From NCBI GenBank assembly GCA_964016885.1, contig OZ024750.1, forward strand, positions 45,446,001-45,510,000: a stretch of DNA of 64,000 nucleotides, in the 5' to 3' direction. The notes below the pieces were generated by a model, which did no database searches, was not told where the DNA came from, and was given only the letters and a program-made list of their open reading frames with translations. The translations under genes and the position numbers were made by a program. The DNA is from Eledone cirrhosa. Taxonomy: Eukaryota. This document shows, piece by piece, positions 29,793 to 41,277 of this stretch (position 1 is its first letter; the number at the start of each line of letters is the position of its first letter).

Positions 29793-29890
29793 CTATTTAT
29801 CTATATATCTATCTACTTATCTATCTATCTACCTATCGACCTACCTACCTATCTACTTATTTATTTATCTGTCTATCTATCGAACTATCA

Positions 29891-29949
<59 letters not shown>
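29056..29949. repeat. (CT)n-rich, (CTAT)n and (TA)n low-complexity block
   Basis: Seen directly. Confidence 0.9.
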
Positions 29950-29952
<3 letters not shown>

Positions 29953-30333
29953 TGTGTTACCAATAACATCACCAGCCTCGCCACAAAGCACTCATCACCG
30001 CTCCATGATTCGAGTTCCAAACATACAAAGACGCCATTTTCCTATTTTCTTTAAATATATACTGTTTATTGTTATTTCTTGTTTATAAATGAGTTTTCGA
30101 TTTTGTTTATTTATTTATTTTTAATTATCCTTTTCCTTTTTGAGATTTGTGAGTTTATTTACAATTCTAGAGAAATTTGTAGAAAAAAACTCCACTAAAA
30201 CATCGGAATAAAGAAGTTAATGCCGCACACCGTGTCACACTTTCACACACACAAACATGTACTTGTATGTATGTATGTATGTACGTATGTACATATGTAT
30301 GAATGTACGTATGTATGAATGTATGAATGTACG

Positions 30334-30381
<48 letters not shown>

Positions 30382-30506
30382 CCTATGTATGTCTCGATAT
30401 AAAGTTTAAGGTACTGTTGCTCTTTTATTTATGTGATCAAACGATTTGTATCCGTCGACATTTCTGTAGTTGTTGCTGTTGTTATTGATGTTATTGTTGA
30501 TGTTAT

Positions 30507-30538
<32 letters not shown>

Positions 30539-30778
30539 ATAGTGATGATGTTTCTATTGTTTATGTGTTTGTTATGTATTTTATCCTCACTCCACGTCAG
30601 TTTTCCTTCCCTTGTGTTCAGGTTGTTAAATCTTCCTATTTTACACTTAATTTTGCTGTAAACACTTTCTCTGTCTATTTTCTTGTTTGTCTTCTTGCCT
30701 GTGTTTATCTACATGGTTTGTTTTTGTGTGTACCTTTTTTTCATTGTGTATCATGAAATATATATATATATATATATA

Positions 30779-30842
<64 letters not shown>

Positions 30843-31177
30843 AACGTTTGTGGTTCCTTCTATATGTGTGTATCTAGTTTTTGTCCGCTTTTTTGTACGT
30901 TTATATTGTTCAGGTTTTTAACGACAATCTCTCATTCTTAAAATGAAAAAAACAAAAAAGAGAAATGGGATAAAAACTAAGAAAGCGTTTAACCGCATTA
31001 CCACGAATACAGACACACATAGAAATGCACATACACACAAATGTACATACACACACAAATATACATACACACACATACACACAAATGCACACACACACGG
31101 ACATATAATATATATACACACAAACACACACACATATATATATATAGCTTTAACAGATTCAGGTTTATTTAAATCTC

Positions 31178-31233
31178 CGTTATATATATTTCGCCGAGGA
31201 CTCTCAGTTATGATTACCTGAGCTCGTCAGACG
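31178..31233 (-). ncRNA. Type-I hammerhead motif with intact core
   Basis: Minus strand reads CGT-CTGACGA-GCTCAGG...CCTCGGC-GAAA-TATATA-TA-ACG, followed by AATAAA and (TA)n. Confidence 0.7.
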
Positions 31234-31299
31234 TCAAGACCTATAAAAGCAATGAAAGTTTCCACAAAAAAAAAATCCATGGAAGAAATTCAATAACTT

Positions 31300-31860
31300 C
31301 CTAGAAGGCTGCTTGTCTCTCCGCGTCTACGAACTCATTTCTGGATCACTCTGCACACAATCCATTTCTGGTCAGCTTTATCCACTTTAAACATGCTGCC
31401 CGATTAAAGACGTCAAGCAATCTTTGAATTGTCGTCTGTTAGACTCCACTTCGTCTTCTGCTTACTCCACCTCCTACAGACATACACCTCGTCTCTCTGA
31501 TATCTTCGATTACATAAACAACATAGAATCTTCTCTCGGGCACAACTGGCTCATAGTTTATCGTGAAATATCATACACATCATAATACAGACGCCATGAG
31601 TTGATGCTTTAGTAATCTTTGTAATATGTGAGTATCTACATTGTTATGTAGATACTCACCTAAAATTCAGAATTGGAAAAATATACCCATTGAAAGTTTT
31701 CCTCTTCAATCTCAACGGGACGCTCCGGTTTCTCGTTACGGAATCTCTCTCGTACAGGGCAAAGTCCATTCTGCAGCCCATCACCAACACTTATTGAGGT
31801 ATATAGTCCAAAGTTATCCGAGATAAATATAAATACAATCCTTCTGTCTGTGCTATGGTT
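31300..31860 (-). pseudogene. Highly decayed RTE-like LINE 3' fragment
   Basis: Frameshifted remnants resembling VL.YGCE.WTL and RGR..RRW motifs. Confidence 0.45.
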
Positions 31861-31902
31861 GTATATCTCCCTTTTAATCGCAATTCGGCAATCATCATTA
31901 TT

Positions 31903-32090
31903 ATGCTTTGCGGTATAGAGTTACGTCCATTTACGTTATAAGGTTAAATGCAGCTGAGGTTAGTTTTGCCTTTCATCCTTACGGGGTCGATAAAATAAAG
32001 CACCAGTAACGTACTGGGGTCGATTTAATCCACTTTTCCTTCCCCCCAAATTACTGGCCTTGTGCCTATCCTAGAAATCATTATTGTTAT
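31903..32090 (+). mobile_element. SINE S1 long variant, 5'-truncated
   Basis: S1 body and ATT tail. Confidence 0.85.
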
Positions 32091-32115
32091 TAATTTTATT
32101 TGTTTTCAACAGAGT

Positions 32116-32301
32116 GCAGTGGATCGGCAGTATCGATAGAGTATCGGACAACATAATTTTCTGCATAAAGTTACGGCCCTTTACATTCTGAATTCAAATC
32201 CTACCGAAGTTAGCTTTGCCTTTCATCCTTACGGGGTCGATGAAATAAAATACCAGTAATGCACTGGGTAAATGCTGGCTTTGTACAAAAAGTAGAAACA
32301 A
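32116..32301 (+). mobile_element. SINE S1 copy
   Basis: A/B boxes and body; directly downstream of the previous copy. Confidence 0.88.
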
Positions 32302-33269
32302 ATATATTTGTTTCTGAAGAATGGGAGCCATTTAATTTGTGTGTAAATCAGAAACCATTATTTGTTTCCAACTGGCATATTTAGATCTACGGCCTATTTG
32401 TATTACGGATGTCTTGTAATTTGTTCTGTAGTTGACAACGATTAGCAGTCTACTATCAGTAGAAGTGATATAACCACATAAAACGGTGAAAATTTTAGTC
32501 TGCAATAGGGCCAAGACAAGCTAACAAGTTCTAGACTATATTTAGAATATGTCTACATGACATCGTAATGCATGGGTTCAACACAGAGATTGAAGGGAAA
32601 GTTTAAACTGTAAATATATTCAACTATTTATCTGTGTGTAGAAAAAAACAATATGCATTTTGTCTCCTCCTCAAAGGATAACTGCCCCCAAATTAGGCAA
32701 ATTTGCTAGCATACGATTAATCTATAGAGAGAATGATGGTGGAAGTGAATATCTAATGAAAATACACCAATCTCCGATATAGGTAAAGTTAAGCTCATAT
32801 GTTTTTCCTGTGTACTAGGTTATAGTTTTCAGTATTTACACGTTTATTTTAATCAACAAAGACTTATATTTAAAAAGTATTGATATCTGCATTAAACTTG
32901 CCTAACACAGACACGTCCTCTTTCACACATACACACACAAGCGTGCGCGCACACTCACACACACAAACACACACAGACACAAACACACACACGCACTCTC
33001 AATCACAAACACACATATGCAGGTGCCTATGTCTATTTTGTTTGGTCCACTATTAGATCATTTTTCTATAGCAAACAACAACGATGAAGCTTCTAAATTT
33101 CTCATAAAAATTCTATATACATGTGTGTGTATGTGTGTGTGTGAGAGAGTGTGTGTATGTGTGCGTGCGTTTGAGTATGCGCGTGTGTGGGGGTATGTGT
33201 GTGTGTGCGTGTCTTTGTGTATGTGTGTATATATATATATATAAATATAATCTGACTTTTTTGAATATT

Positions 33270-33462
33270 AATAATTGTTTCTACTTTTGGCACAATGCCA
33301 GCAGTTATCCTGGTGCATTACTGGTACTTTATTTGATCGACCCCGTAAGAATGAAAGGCAAAGTTAACCTAGGCGGGATTTGAACTCAGAATGGCAAGGG
33401 CCGTAACTCTATGCATCAAAGCATGGCGTCCAACCCTCTACCGATACTGACAATTCACCGCC
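33270..33462 (-). mobile_element. SINE S1 copy
   Basis: Reverse complement of S1. Confidence 0.9.
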
Positions 33463-33587
33463 CTATTTCGAATATTAATAATAACACTCGATTCGTTTCC
33501 AATTATGCAAACAGCCTCATTTAAAGCCATGTTAGTAGAATGAACCCTCCATCCTTGCTCTTGTGTTGGCATGTAAACAAAACTGCA

Positions 33588-33689
<102 letters not shown>

Positions 33690-33720
33690 CACACCCGTGT
33701 ATATTTCTCTCTCTCTCTCC

Positions 33721-33794
<74 letters not shown>

Positions 33795-34048
33795 GAGGAG
33801 GTCATAGTTCACTTGAAGCATTGAGATACTCTATACCATTTCCTGTCAGCATGGCTTGGCAAGCTATTTAGAACACTGGTTTAACCGCTTTACTTCCCTC
33901 CGAAGAAGAGATATTATCTCTAAAATTTAGGACATTTAAATATATGTAAGGTAAAAGACTAATTGTCAACAATATCTTTTGCATTTGCATTCATTATTCT
34001 ATGTCCATACCTGTATTGTTTTGGCTATATTATAAATATACAAACGTT

Positions 34049-34092
<44 letters not shown>

Positions 34093-34096
<4 letters not shown>

Positions 34097-34516
34097 GGAG
34101 GTGAGTTTTATTGTAGTACAATAAAGCAATGCAGATATCGGATAAGAAGCACTCTACAGTTTGTGGGACTGGAGTATGCATAATATAAGATCAAAAGATG
34201 GTTAAAGGAGTTCAATATATTTTATTATGCGCATTTCAAAAACAAACATCATCAAACAATAATATTTGTGTTTTCATCAGATAAAACAGGAGAACATGAT
34301 ATGAAGGCTAAAAAAACACTTGTTGATAGTTCAGTTTTAAATCAACATATCTTATATGTTGATTTAAAACTGCACTATCAACAAGTGTTTTTTTAGCCTT
34401 CATATCATGTTCTCCTGTTTTATCTGATGAAAACACAAATATTATTGTTTGATGATGTTTGTTTTTGAAATGCGCATAATAAAATATATTGAACTCCTTT
34501 AACCATCTTTTGATCT

Positions 34517-34524
<8 letters not shown>
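34093..34524. mobile_element. Fold-back hammerhead element: ~171 bp palindromic arms (34180-34350 / 34354-34524), 3 nt loop, one-sided tail 34093-34179
   Basis: Arms are reverse complements with about one mismatch seen; (TA)n on both sides. Confidence 0.92.
34418..34484 (+). ncRNA. Type-I hammerhead ribozyme, intact core (mirror copy 34220-34286 on minus)
   Basis: TTTTAT-CTGATGA-stem II-GAAA-TGCGCA-TA-ATAAAA; 6 bp stem I; palindromic stem III. Confidence 0.8.
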
Positions 34525-34608
<84 letters not shown>

Positions 34609-34639
34609 ACAAGGGTGTGTGTGATTGTGTATAGAAGAT

Positions 34640-35008
34640 TATATTAATTAAAGGAATTCCAACTTTGTCTGATTTACTCGTTTTATTTACAATCCTTTAA
34701 AATTTATAATGGTATTAGAATGAAATAGTATGGTAGAATATTAAATGTTAAGTGTTAATTGAACAAGTATTTTCATGCTTTCGCAATCTTCAGGTTCATA
34801 TTCTGTGGTGACACTCGAAAATTGCAAACTTGACTGTCACCACAGAATTTGAACCTGAAGATTGCGAAAGCATGAAAGTACTTGTTCAATTAACACTTAA
34901 CATTTAATATTCTACCATACTATTTCATTCTAATACCATTATACATTTCAAAGGATTGTAAATAAAACGAGTAAATCAGACAAAGTTGGAATTCCTTTTA
35001 TTAATATA
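34640..35008. mobile_element. Fold-back hammerhead element: ~174 bp arms (34640-34813 / 34835-35008)
   Basis: Near-perfect inverted repeat with a ~21 nt spacer, ending in (TA)n. Confidence 0.92.
34849..34889 (+). ncRNA. Minimal type-I hammerhead ribozyme (mirror copy 34759-34799 on minus)
   Basis: TTGAAC-CTGAAGA-TTGC gaaa GCAT-GAAA-GTAC-TT-GTTCAA; stem I TTGAAC/GTTCAA; GAAA tetraloop on stem II; palindromic AGTACT stem III. Confidence 0.8.
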
Positions 35009-35014
35009 TATATG

Positions 35015-35045
<31 letters not shown>

Positions 35046-35052
35046 GTATATA

Positions 35053-35195
<143 letters not shown>

Positions 35196-36070
35196 TGTAT
35201 ATCTAACAACATATGTATACAGATGCTAGAAAATATATATGTTATGTCTTAGTAGCTCTGTGGTTCTATGCAGGGGGATGCAGAACAATTATATGAAAGA
35301 CGTAAAATAAGAAAATTTAAAAAATTAAAAATTAACTTACTTACTAAAATGTTCACTCCAACTAATTAGTTTCTGTAAGGGAGTAAATATAGTTACGTAA
35401 TGTAGTTACAGAGAATTCCTTACGTCATCATGGAGTCTATTCTCAGCTAAGTTCCCAGGTAATGCGCGGACACTAGGAACCCATATAAAAATAATAATTC
35501 AGTGGATGGAATAAAGCTAGTGGGGACTAAATTCCAGAGCACTGAAAAAAGTTCACTGCCTACTGGGTCAGTGGTAAATTCTAAAGAATCAATCACGTGA
35601 CACTGAGGTCAATCAGTGAGGAGTGGGGTGATATTATGACAAGTGCCTACTACTACTACCATGAACCATGGCAGTAAATTTTGGCAAGTGATTGATTCTT
35701 TAGAACTCATGTTTATAGGCTCTGATGATTCCTGCCATGGTGTATGGATAAAACACTGTTAGCTAAGAAAACGCTGTATTTCTAAGCACTCTTTTGTTAT
35801 TCCTATAACTATAACGGCTCTGTAGTATACTAGCTATCCGACATTGAGCTAAAAATCACGCTGTCATACCAAGGGCAATATATTTGCATGTCTGGGCATA
35901 TTGATATATTTGTCAACGAAATATATATATATATATATATGGAAAGTTATATTTAAATTGTTGGGTTACAACTAGTAAATATTAATAACTGATATAAAAG
36001 CACTCGACAAGTATTTGGAGTATATTTACGATATTAAATAAATGGAAACTATATTTATAAAACCATATTT

Positions 36071-36134
36071 ATTTCATTATATATATTTCAGGGATATCAT
36101 ATTAACAATATGCTATGCCTTCCTCAGACAAAAT
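36071..36134 (-). ncRNA. Type-I hammerhead, family H1 copy with a different stem II; intact core
   Basis: Minus strand reads ATTTTGT-CTGAGGA-AGGCATAGCATATT gtt AATATGATATCCCT-GAAA-TATATA-TA-ATGAAAT, then the H1 tail AAATATGGTTTTATAAATATAGTTTCC. Confidence 0.78.
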
Positions 36135-36314
36135 ACAATATAAACAGTTTTATAGATAAATAGATTTGACATACCGTACAACATCGACTTGTATTTGAAA
36201 AGTTGAATTGGCAGTGAAAAAATTGTAAACAGAAAGAAAGAAAGAGAGAAAAAAAATATATATATATACTGAAATATATATATATATATATATATACTGA
36301 AATATATATATATA

Positions 36315-36470
36315 CTGAAAGAGTGAAGAATACCATGGTCGACTGTACAAAAAGGGTTTTATTTACAGTATTAAGAATTGTTTCATTGATCAGGTGAGTC
36401 TAAAGGCCGCTCACTCGAAGTTGGAAACTCGACCTTAAATACAGTGTGTGTCTCTGATCAAATCATCATC
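36315..36470 (-). mobile_element. PLE-like terminal repeat related to 21030-21194, with a truncated long-stem-II hammerhead
   Basis: Minus strand reads TGATGA-TTTGATCAG...CTGATCAAT-GAAACAATT...CTGTAAATAAAACCCTTTTTGTACAGTCGACCATGGTATTC; between (TA)n tracts. Confidence 0.6.
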
Positions 36471-37616
36471 ATATATATATATATAGTACAATTTAATAAA
36501 AAACTATGATCAACACTAATATGTTTATATTTATATATTTATATGTGTGTGTGTGTGTGCATATATGTATATATATATGTATGTGCGTGTGTGCAGAATG
36601 TATGGTACTATATGTGACGTAGAGTGTTACGTTTATTTAAAAAGCAGTTTGTTTGTCTCCTTTGTAATATCTGCATTCGTTTCTTGGTGCTAATGATGAT
36701 GTTTTATACTGTTGATGTTTTCGCTATTGCTGCTGTTGCTGCTGCTGCTGTTATTGTTGTGGTTGCTGTTGTAGGTCGTGTTGCTCATTGGCTGCTGTTA
36801 TTGTAGCATCTGTTGTTTCTGATGTCGCCATGTTGTTTAACTTGTACCACCTGTTATACGGAGTATATTTTTTCTTTCCTTTTATTCAATCATATATATT
36901 TTTAGTTCTCTTATTTTACATGTTTTGTTGTTTTCCCTCTTTCTTCATCATGTAATTCTCGTCTCAGTTTAAATTATTGCTCTTGTTTCTTTCACTCACC
37001 CTTTTTTCTCTGTCTCTACATTCGTTGTTTATAATTTAGCATCAAAGTCACTGACGCAAGGTGTAGTATATTAGTTTACGCTAACATCTTGGCACGCGTT
37101 TTTCATCTATTTTTTTTTCTAATTCTCTGCAGTTTTTTTCTTCTCTCTAACCCTTTTGTTTACAATGCTTTTCTTTGTTTGACTTAGATTTATTTATCTT
37201 TAAAGATTCTTTTCCTTTCCTCTTAAATATATTTTCACATGTTTTCTGTTGGTTTTGTTTACTATAAACATGTGAAAAAATAATCCAATTATATGTCGTG
37301 AAAGGATTCTTCAATCGCGGTGAAAGTAACTAACAAATAGTTATTATGTTTCTACTTCATTAATCGCGTTGACGTTTTTTCCTTTACAAAACCCAATATA
37401 ACTTTCTACTAAGTGTCTTTTCTATGAACCTTCCTGTTTCCGCTACAAAACAATATATCTAGTTTTTGGCGTGTATTTTACCTATTTTTTAAAATTTCTT
37501 TTCTTCTCATTTTGTATATTAATTAATCTTTCTCTCTCTGCTCCTCTCTCTCTCTCTCTTTATATCTCTCTCTCACTCTCACTCACTCTTTCTCTCTTTC
37601 TATCTATCTATCTGTC

Positions 37617-37709
<93 letters not shown>

Positions 37710-37799
37710 GTTAAAGATGTACATCCATATATGTATACTGAAATACTAGTATGTATATGAATACACACACGTATACATATGTAGATGTACCAAGTTTTG

Positions 37800-37835
<36 letters not shown>

Positions 37836-37862
37836 GTATACACATATAAATATACGTGTATA

Positions 37863-37940
<78 letters not shown>

Positions 37941-37971
37941 CATATATACATATATATATATAGACATTTAT

Positions 37972-38117
<146 letters not shown>

Positions 38118-38519
38118 ATATATATATATATAAATATATATATATAAAACATATATATATATAAAGAACACGTGGTGTATTTTACTGTTTTCTCTCACTC
38201 TTAGGTTTGGTTGTTTGCAAATAGAGAATAAGAAAGAAGTCATTTAATTGTTGTAATCAAAGTAAAAGCTAGGTTGACAATGGAGGTCTAGATGTAGGCG
38301 CCGCCGATTAATTCTCTTTACTAAGCAAACAAGATGGGAAGATGGTGGGTGAAGAAACGATGAATAGCATGGCACATCGTAGAATGGAACAGAATAGAAT
38401 GTAGACAAAGACAAACAGAGAAAATGAAAAACAAATTAAAGATGACAATGCGGAACCAGTGAATCCTGAATTTAAATTCATTATGTGTAAAGGAAATCAA
38501 CAGAAGTATAACAGAAAGA

Positions 38520-39535
38520 GCAGCAATAGCAATATTGAAACGACTACTGGAACAACAACAATAACAACAACGGCAATAACTGAAATAACAGCAACAATAA
38601 CAACAACAACAGCAACAATAACAGCAACAACAGTAACGGCAATAACAGCAGCAATAACAACAACAACAACAACAGCGGCAATAACAGCAGCAATAACAGA
38701 AACAACCACGACAATAACAGCAACAATAACAACACAACAGCAACAGCAATAACAACAACAACAGCAACAATAACAACAACGACACTAACAGCAATAACAA
38801 CAACAACAACAACAATATCTTTTGCATTTGCATTCTTTATTCTATAACAATAACAACAACAACAGCAACGATAATAACAGCAGCAATAACAGCAACGACA
38901 ACAGCAACTACTGCAACAATAACAACAACAACAACGGTAATAACAGCAGCAATAACAGCAACGACAACAGCAACTACTGCAACAATAACAACAACAGCAA
39001 CGGTAATAACACCAGCAATAACAGCAACGACAACAGCAACTACTGCAACAATAACAACAACAGCAACGGCAATAACAGCAACAACAACACAAACAACAAT
39101 AACAGTGAAACAATTACAAGAATGAGAACAACAACAATGTCAGCAACAACAGTAGAAAATAATAACAACAACTAAAACGACAGCAAAACAACGATGACAC
39201 TAGCAACAACATCAACGCCCAAAATAACTACGACGAAAACAACATCAATAACAACAACAGCGAATCAACAAGTGTCAAACAACAACAATAACAACAACAC
39301 CCACAGCAACATCAAGAACAACAACAAGAACAACAACATAAACAATAACAACAATAACAACAATAACAACAACAACAACAACATCAACAACAGTAACAAC
39401 AACAATAACAACAACACCACAACTACCTCACCACCACCACCAACAACAACAATAACAACAACACCCACAACAACAACATCACCCACAACAACAATAACAA
39501 CATCATCAACAATATCAAACAATGACAATAAAGCA
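38520..39535. repeat. (AAC/AGC)n degenerate trinucleotide tract with ~60 bp duplications
   Basis: Seen directly. Confidence 0.9.
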
Positions 39536-39543
39536 GCATTGAC

Positions 39544-39724
39544 AATAATTGTTTCTACTTTAGGCACAAGGCCAGCCATTGTTCCAGTGTATTACTGGTA
39601 CTTTATTTTATCGACCCTGTAAGGTTGAAACCAAAGTTAACCTCGGCGGATTTTAACTCAGATCGTAAAGGGCCATAACTCTATGCTGCAAAGCATGCCA
39701 ACCGACTCCCTGCCGATATTGTCA
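39544..39724 (-). mobile_element. SINE S1 copy
   Basis: Reverse complement of S1. Confidence 0.85.
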
Positions 39725-39789
39725 TGACAACAAAACAGGTCTAACAATAAACAAAATTAATTAGAGTAATGAAAGGTGTGTTTACCTGT

Positions 39790-40210
39790 AGAGAGAGAAA
39801 GGAAGAGAAATAATAGGGGAAGAGGGGGAGAGAAGGAGAGAGAGAGTAAGAGTGGGACATAGCGAAATAGATAGGGGAGAGAGAGATGGTAGTTAGGGAG
39901 ACGGAGAGAGAGAGTTAGACAGAGATAGGGGAGAGAGAGAGGGAGGGAGCGAGGGAGAGATAGGGGAAAGAGAGAGAGGAAGAGAGAGGCATAGTAATTA
40001 CGGAGAGGGAGAGAGCGAGCGAGGGAGAGATAGGGAGAGGGAGAGAGCGAGTAGGAGAGATAGGGAGAGAGAGAGACATGGTAGTTAGGGAGAGGGGGAG
40101 AGCGAGCGAGGGAGAGATAGGGAGAGGGAGAGAGCGAGTGGGAGAGATAGGGAGAGAGAGAGACATGGTAGTTAAGGAGAGGGGGAGAGCGAGGGAGGGA
40201 GGGATAGGAG

Positions 40211-40244
<34 letters not shown>

Positions 40245-40517
40245 ATGGTAGTTAGGGATAAGGAGAGGGCGAGAGTGGGAGAGGTAGGGGAGACAAAGAG
40301 GGACATGGTAGTGAGGGAGAGGGAGAGAGCGAGAGTGGGAGAGGTAGGAGAGACAAATATGGACACGGTAGTGAGGGAGTGGGAGAGAGCGAGTGAGGGA
40401 GACATAGGGAGAGAGAGAAAGAGAGAGAGAGAGATATGGTAGTTAGGAAAAGTGAGAAAACGAGCTAAGGAGAAATGGGGCTAGAGAGGGAGAGGCGGGA
40501 GAGGAGGAGAGGGAGAG

Positions 40518-40566
<49 letters not shown>

Positions 40567-40598
40567 GGTGAGAGAGAGAGGGAAAGAAAGAAAGAAAG
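39790..40598. repeat. (GA)n-derived minisatellite with a recurrent CATGGTAGTTAGGGAGA module
   Basis: Seen directly. Confidence 0.85.
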
Positions 40599-40599
40599 A

Positions 40600-40787
40600 A
40601 ATAATTGTTTCTACTTTAGGCACAAGGCCAGCATCACCAGTTCATTACTGGTACTTTATTTTATCGACCCCGTAAGGATGAAAGGCAAAGTCAACCTCGG
40701 CGGGATTTGAACTCAGATCGTAAAGGGACGTAACTATGCTGGAAAGCATGGCGTCCGACCCTCTACCGATACTGCCAATCCACGGCC
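40600..40787 (-). mobile_element. SINE S1 copy
   Basis: Reverse complement of S1, young subfamily. Confidence 0.9.
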
Positions 40788-40983
40788 AAGGAAGAAATAA
40801 ATAATGAGGGAGAGAGAGAGGAGGAGAGAGATAATGAGGGAGAGAGAGAGAGAGAGAGAGAGGAAGAGAGAGAGAATGAGGGAGAGAGAGAGGAAGAGAG
40901 AGAGGAAGAGAGAGAATGAGGGAGAGAGAGAGAGAGGGGGAGAGGAAGAGAGAGTGAATGTGATAGATGTATTATAGTGTTGG

Positions 40984-41171
40984 AATAATTATTTCTACTT
41001 TTGGCACAAGACCAGCAATTACCAGTGTATTACTGGTACTTTATTTTATCGACTCCGTAAGGATGAAAGGCAAAGTTAACCTCGGCGAGATTTGAACTCG
41101 GACTGTAAAGGGACGTAACTATGCTAGAAAGCATGGCGTCCGAGGCTCTAGCGGTACTGCCAGTTCACCGC
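40984..41171 (-). mobile_element. SINE S1 copy
   Basis: Reverse complement of S1. Confidence 0.88.
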
Positions 41172-41277
41172 GCCCCAGGGTGGGAGTTGTCTGTTGGAGA
41201 GGAAATAGAAGAGAGGTGATATGAACTTGTGTAGAATAGAATGCAGGGTTATACTGTAGAAGTCTACTGTATATGGC

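Noticed and set aside
29950-30045. YY1/Kozak-like AAAATGGCG as a promoter or start exon
   Set aside because: A single short motif; the minus-strand ORF stops after 22 codons
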